Below, one piece after another: positions 58,315 to 64,000 of a stretch of DNA of 64,000 bases. Source of the DNA: the human T2T-CHM13v2.0 reference genome, Homo sapiens; assembly GCF_009914755.1 (NCBI RefSeq), contig NC_060939.1, one strand, 5' to 3'. Positions within the stretch are counted from its first letter, which is position 1. Each line of letters starts with the position of its first letter. The translations under genes and the position numbers were made by a program. The notes below the pieces were generated by a model that saw only the letters and a list, made by a program, of their open reading frames with translations, was not told where the DNA came from and made no database searches.

Positions 58315-58583
58315 TGATCTCGAACTGAGAGCCCACCAGGGAAAGACAAGCAGCAGCACTGAACTCCAGGCTTAATGGTAGTACTTGGCATGATGCCTCA
58401 CCCCAGAAGTGAGACAGAAAGTGTGTGTTCAAAGAAGGGAGACGTCACCGTGGACAGGATGGTGAGGGAGGGCTTGCTGGAGGAGAAGGAAATAGAGGGG
58501 AGGGGCTGAGACAGCCTGACCGGGGCAGAACATGAGCAGAGATGTGGAGCCAGGAGTGACTATGCCATGTGTGTGCTCCATAA

Positions 58584-58919
<336 letters not shown>

Positions 58920-59150
58920 TAGCCATGTCGGCAGTAACGGCCACAGGGATTCCTGAACCCTGAGTGAATAGAGGCTTCGAGGCAGCAGACAAGGTTCTGA
59001 TCTTGGCTTCTCCACTGCTGAGCCCTGTGACCTGGAGCAAGTTACTTAACCTCTCTGAGCCTTGTTTCCCAACTATAAAGTGCAGTGACATTTACTTTTT
59101 TACATTGTTGTGAGGATTAAATACCTAACACAGTGCCCAGGACATAATAG

Positions 59151-59485
<335 letters not shown>

Positions 59486-60028
59486 TAGTGTCTTCTATTT
59501 GTTGAGCTCTTGATCGTTCACAAAGCCCCTTCATAACTGTTACCCCAGAAAAATTCCACCCATTTTGCAGATGAGAAAACTGGAGCTTTGAGGGCACTTT
59601 CTCAGGGTCACAAGCTAGTACGAGGCAAAGCTGAGTCTCAAAAGCCTTTTCCCCTGACTCCAGAGCTCCCACCCACTGATGAAGCTTTTCCCCTGACAGA
59701 GCTGGGGCTTGAGGTGTGACCCTGGATGAACCTCTTCTCTCTCTCCCCGTTGTACTCATCAATTCTGCCAGTAAAAATTCTCCTCTATGACCTGGAAAGC
59801 GGGGTTGTGGCCTTTCTTTAGGTAGTGAGTTGGTGTTTTTGGTTTGCTTTTTATTTTTGAATCAGTGACAAATAACCTTTCTGGCTGGTTGAATGGCTTC
59901 AGGTTCTGGAATTCTTGCTTTGTTCTAAATGTCAATAGTATAGCAAAAATATTAATAATAAATAATACAATATAAATAATAATAGCAAAAACACACAGGC
60001 AGTTCAAAAACAGAGAATTAAAATGTTA

Positions 60029-61139
<1,111 letters not shown>

Positions 61140-61421
61140 GTCTATCATCTGCATGTCTTTACCAGCCATAGAATTGGGCAGGCTTTGGTCTGAATTCTTG
61201 AGTTTGTGATAGGAGGTGAGGAAAAGACTGAGACCATAGTGAGTTCCTTTTACTGGTCATGAGACCTGGGAAAGTCATTGATTTTTCCAGCCTCAGTTAA
61301 ATGGGGATAATACTCCCAGGGGTGTTGTGACACTCAAATGGAAAAATGAATCTCGAAGAGCTTTGCAAACCTCAGTAGGAGGGGTCCTTGTGATATCGCA
61401 TTGATGCCTGTTTCCTTCTAG

Positions 61422-61658
<237 letters not shown>

Positions 61659-61738
61659 TAGGAGAGTGAAATACTGTTGTAGCTGTAATAGGATTAGAAA
61701 CCCAGCTTGCTTGCAATTCCTCTGAACTGAATTATTAG

Positions 61739-62104
<366 letters not shown>

Positions 62105-62231
62105 TAGGCATTGGGTTTTACTATTAATCTTTTATGTTGCCTATCTGTCCACTTAATTGTTAATCTTTTTACTGTTATACATTTGGTCCACACACAGGAA
62201 CTGTATAATCTTTTGGTTAAAACACAGACTT

Positions 62232-64000
<1,769 letters not shown>

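Overview
Primate (almost certainly human) genomic DNA. It is GC-rich and very Alu-dense: about 60 Alu copies or fragments, roughly a quarter of the window. The right part holds the 5' half of an ankyrin-repeat gene on the + strand that I recognise as ANKDD1A (ankyrin repeat and death domain containing 1A; from memory 15q22.31, downstream of PLEKHO2). It has a CpG-island promoter at ~38.8-39.5 kb, ATG at 39216, and nine GT-AG coding exons to 61520 that splice in frame into 289 aa (279 aa with the proximal exon-3 donor). The gene continues beyond the window. The left ~38 kb has no credible protein-coding gene. It consists of Alu, MIR, L2, old L1, MaLR LTRs and hAT-Charlie DNA transposons, plus several candidate enhancers. 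Nearly all ORFs in the supplied track are Alu-derived or chance. I see no CRISPR array, tRNA or rRNA, and cannot claim a new biological system. Best leads: (1) an apparent decayed duplicate of exon 3 inside intron 3 that still reads LEHGADVEEE and may overlap a poison exon; (2) a tail-less inverted Alu with the geometry of twin priming, whose target site occurs three times; (3) a 178-bp locally templated insertion inside an Alu, next to a 23-nt poly(A)-tailed micro-insertion; (4) an ~85-nt hairpin carrying an octamer, near kB and ISRE motifs; (5) an Alu-flanked exon 5-6 circle that would have a stop-free frame. Repeat subfamily names come from recalled consensus sequences, and repeat boundaries are approximate.
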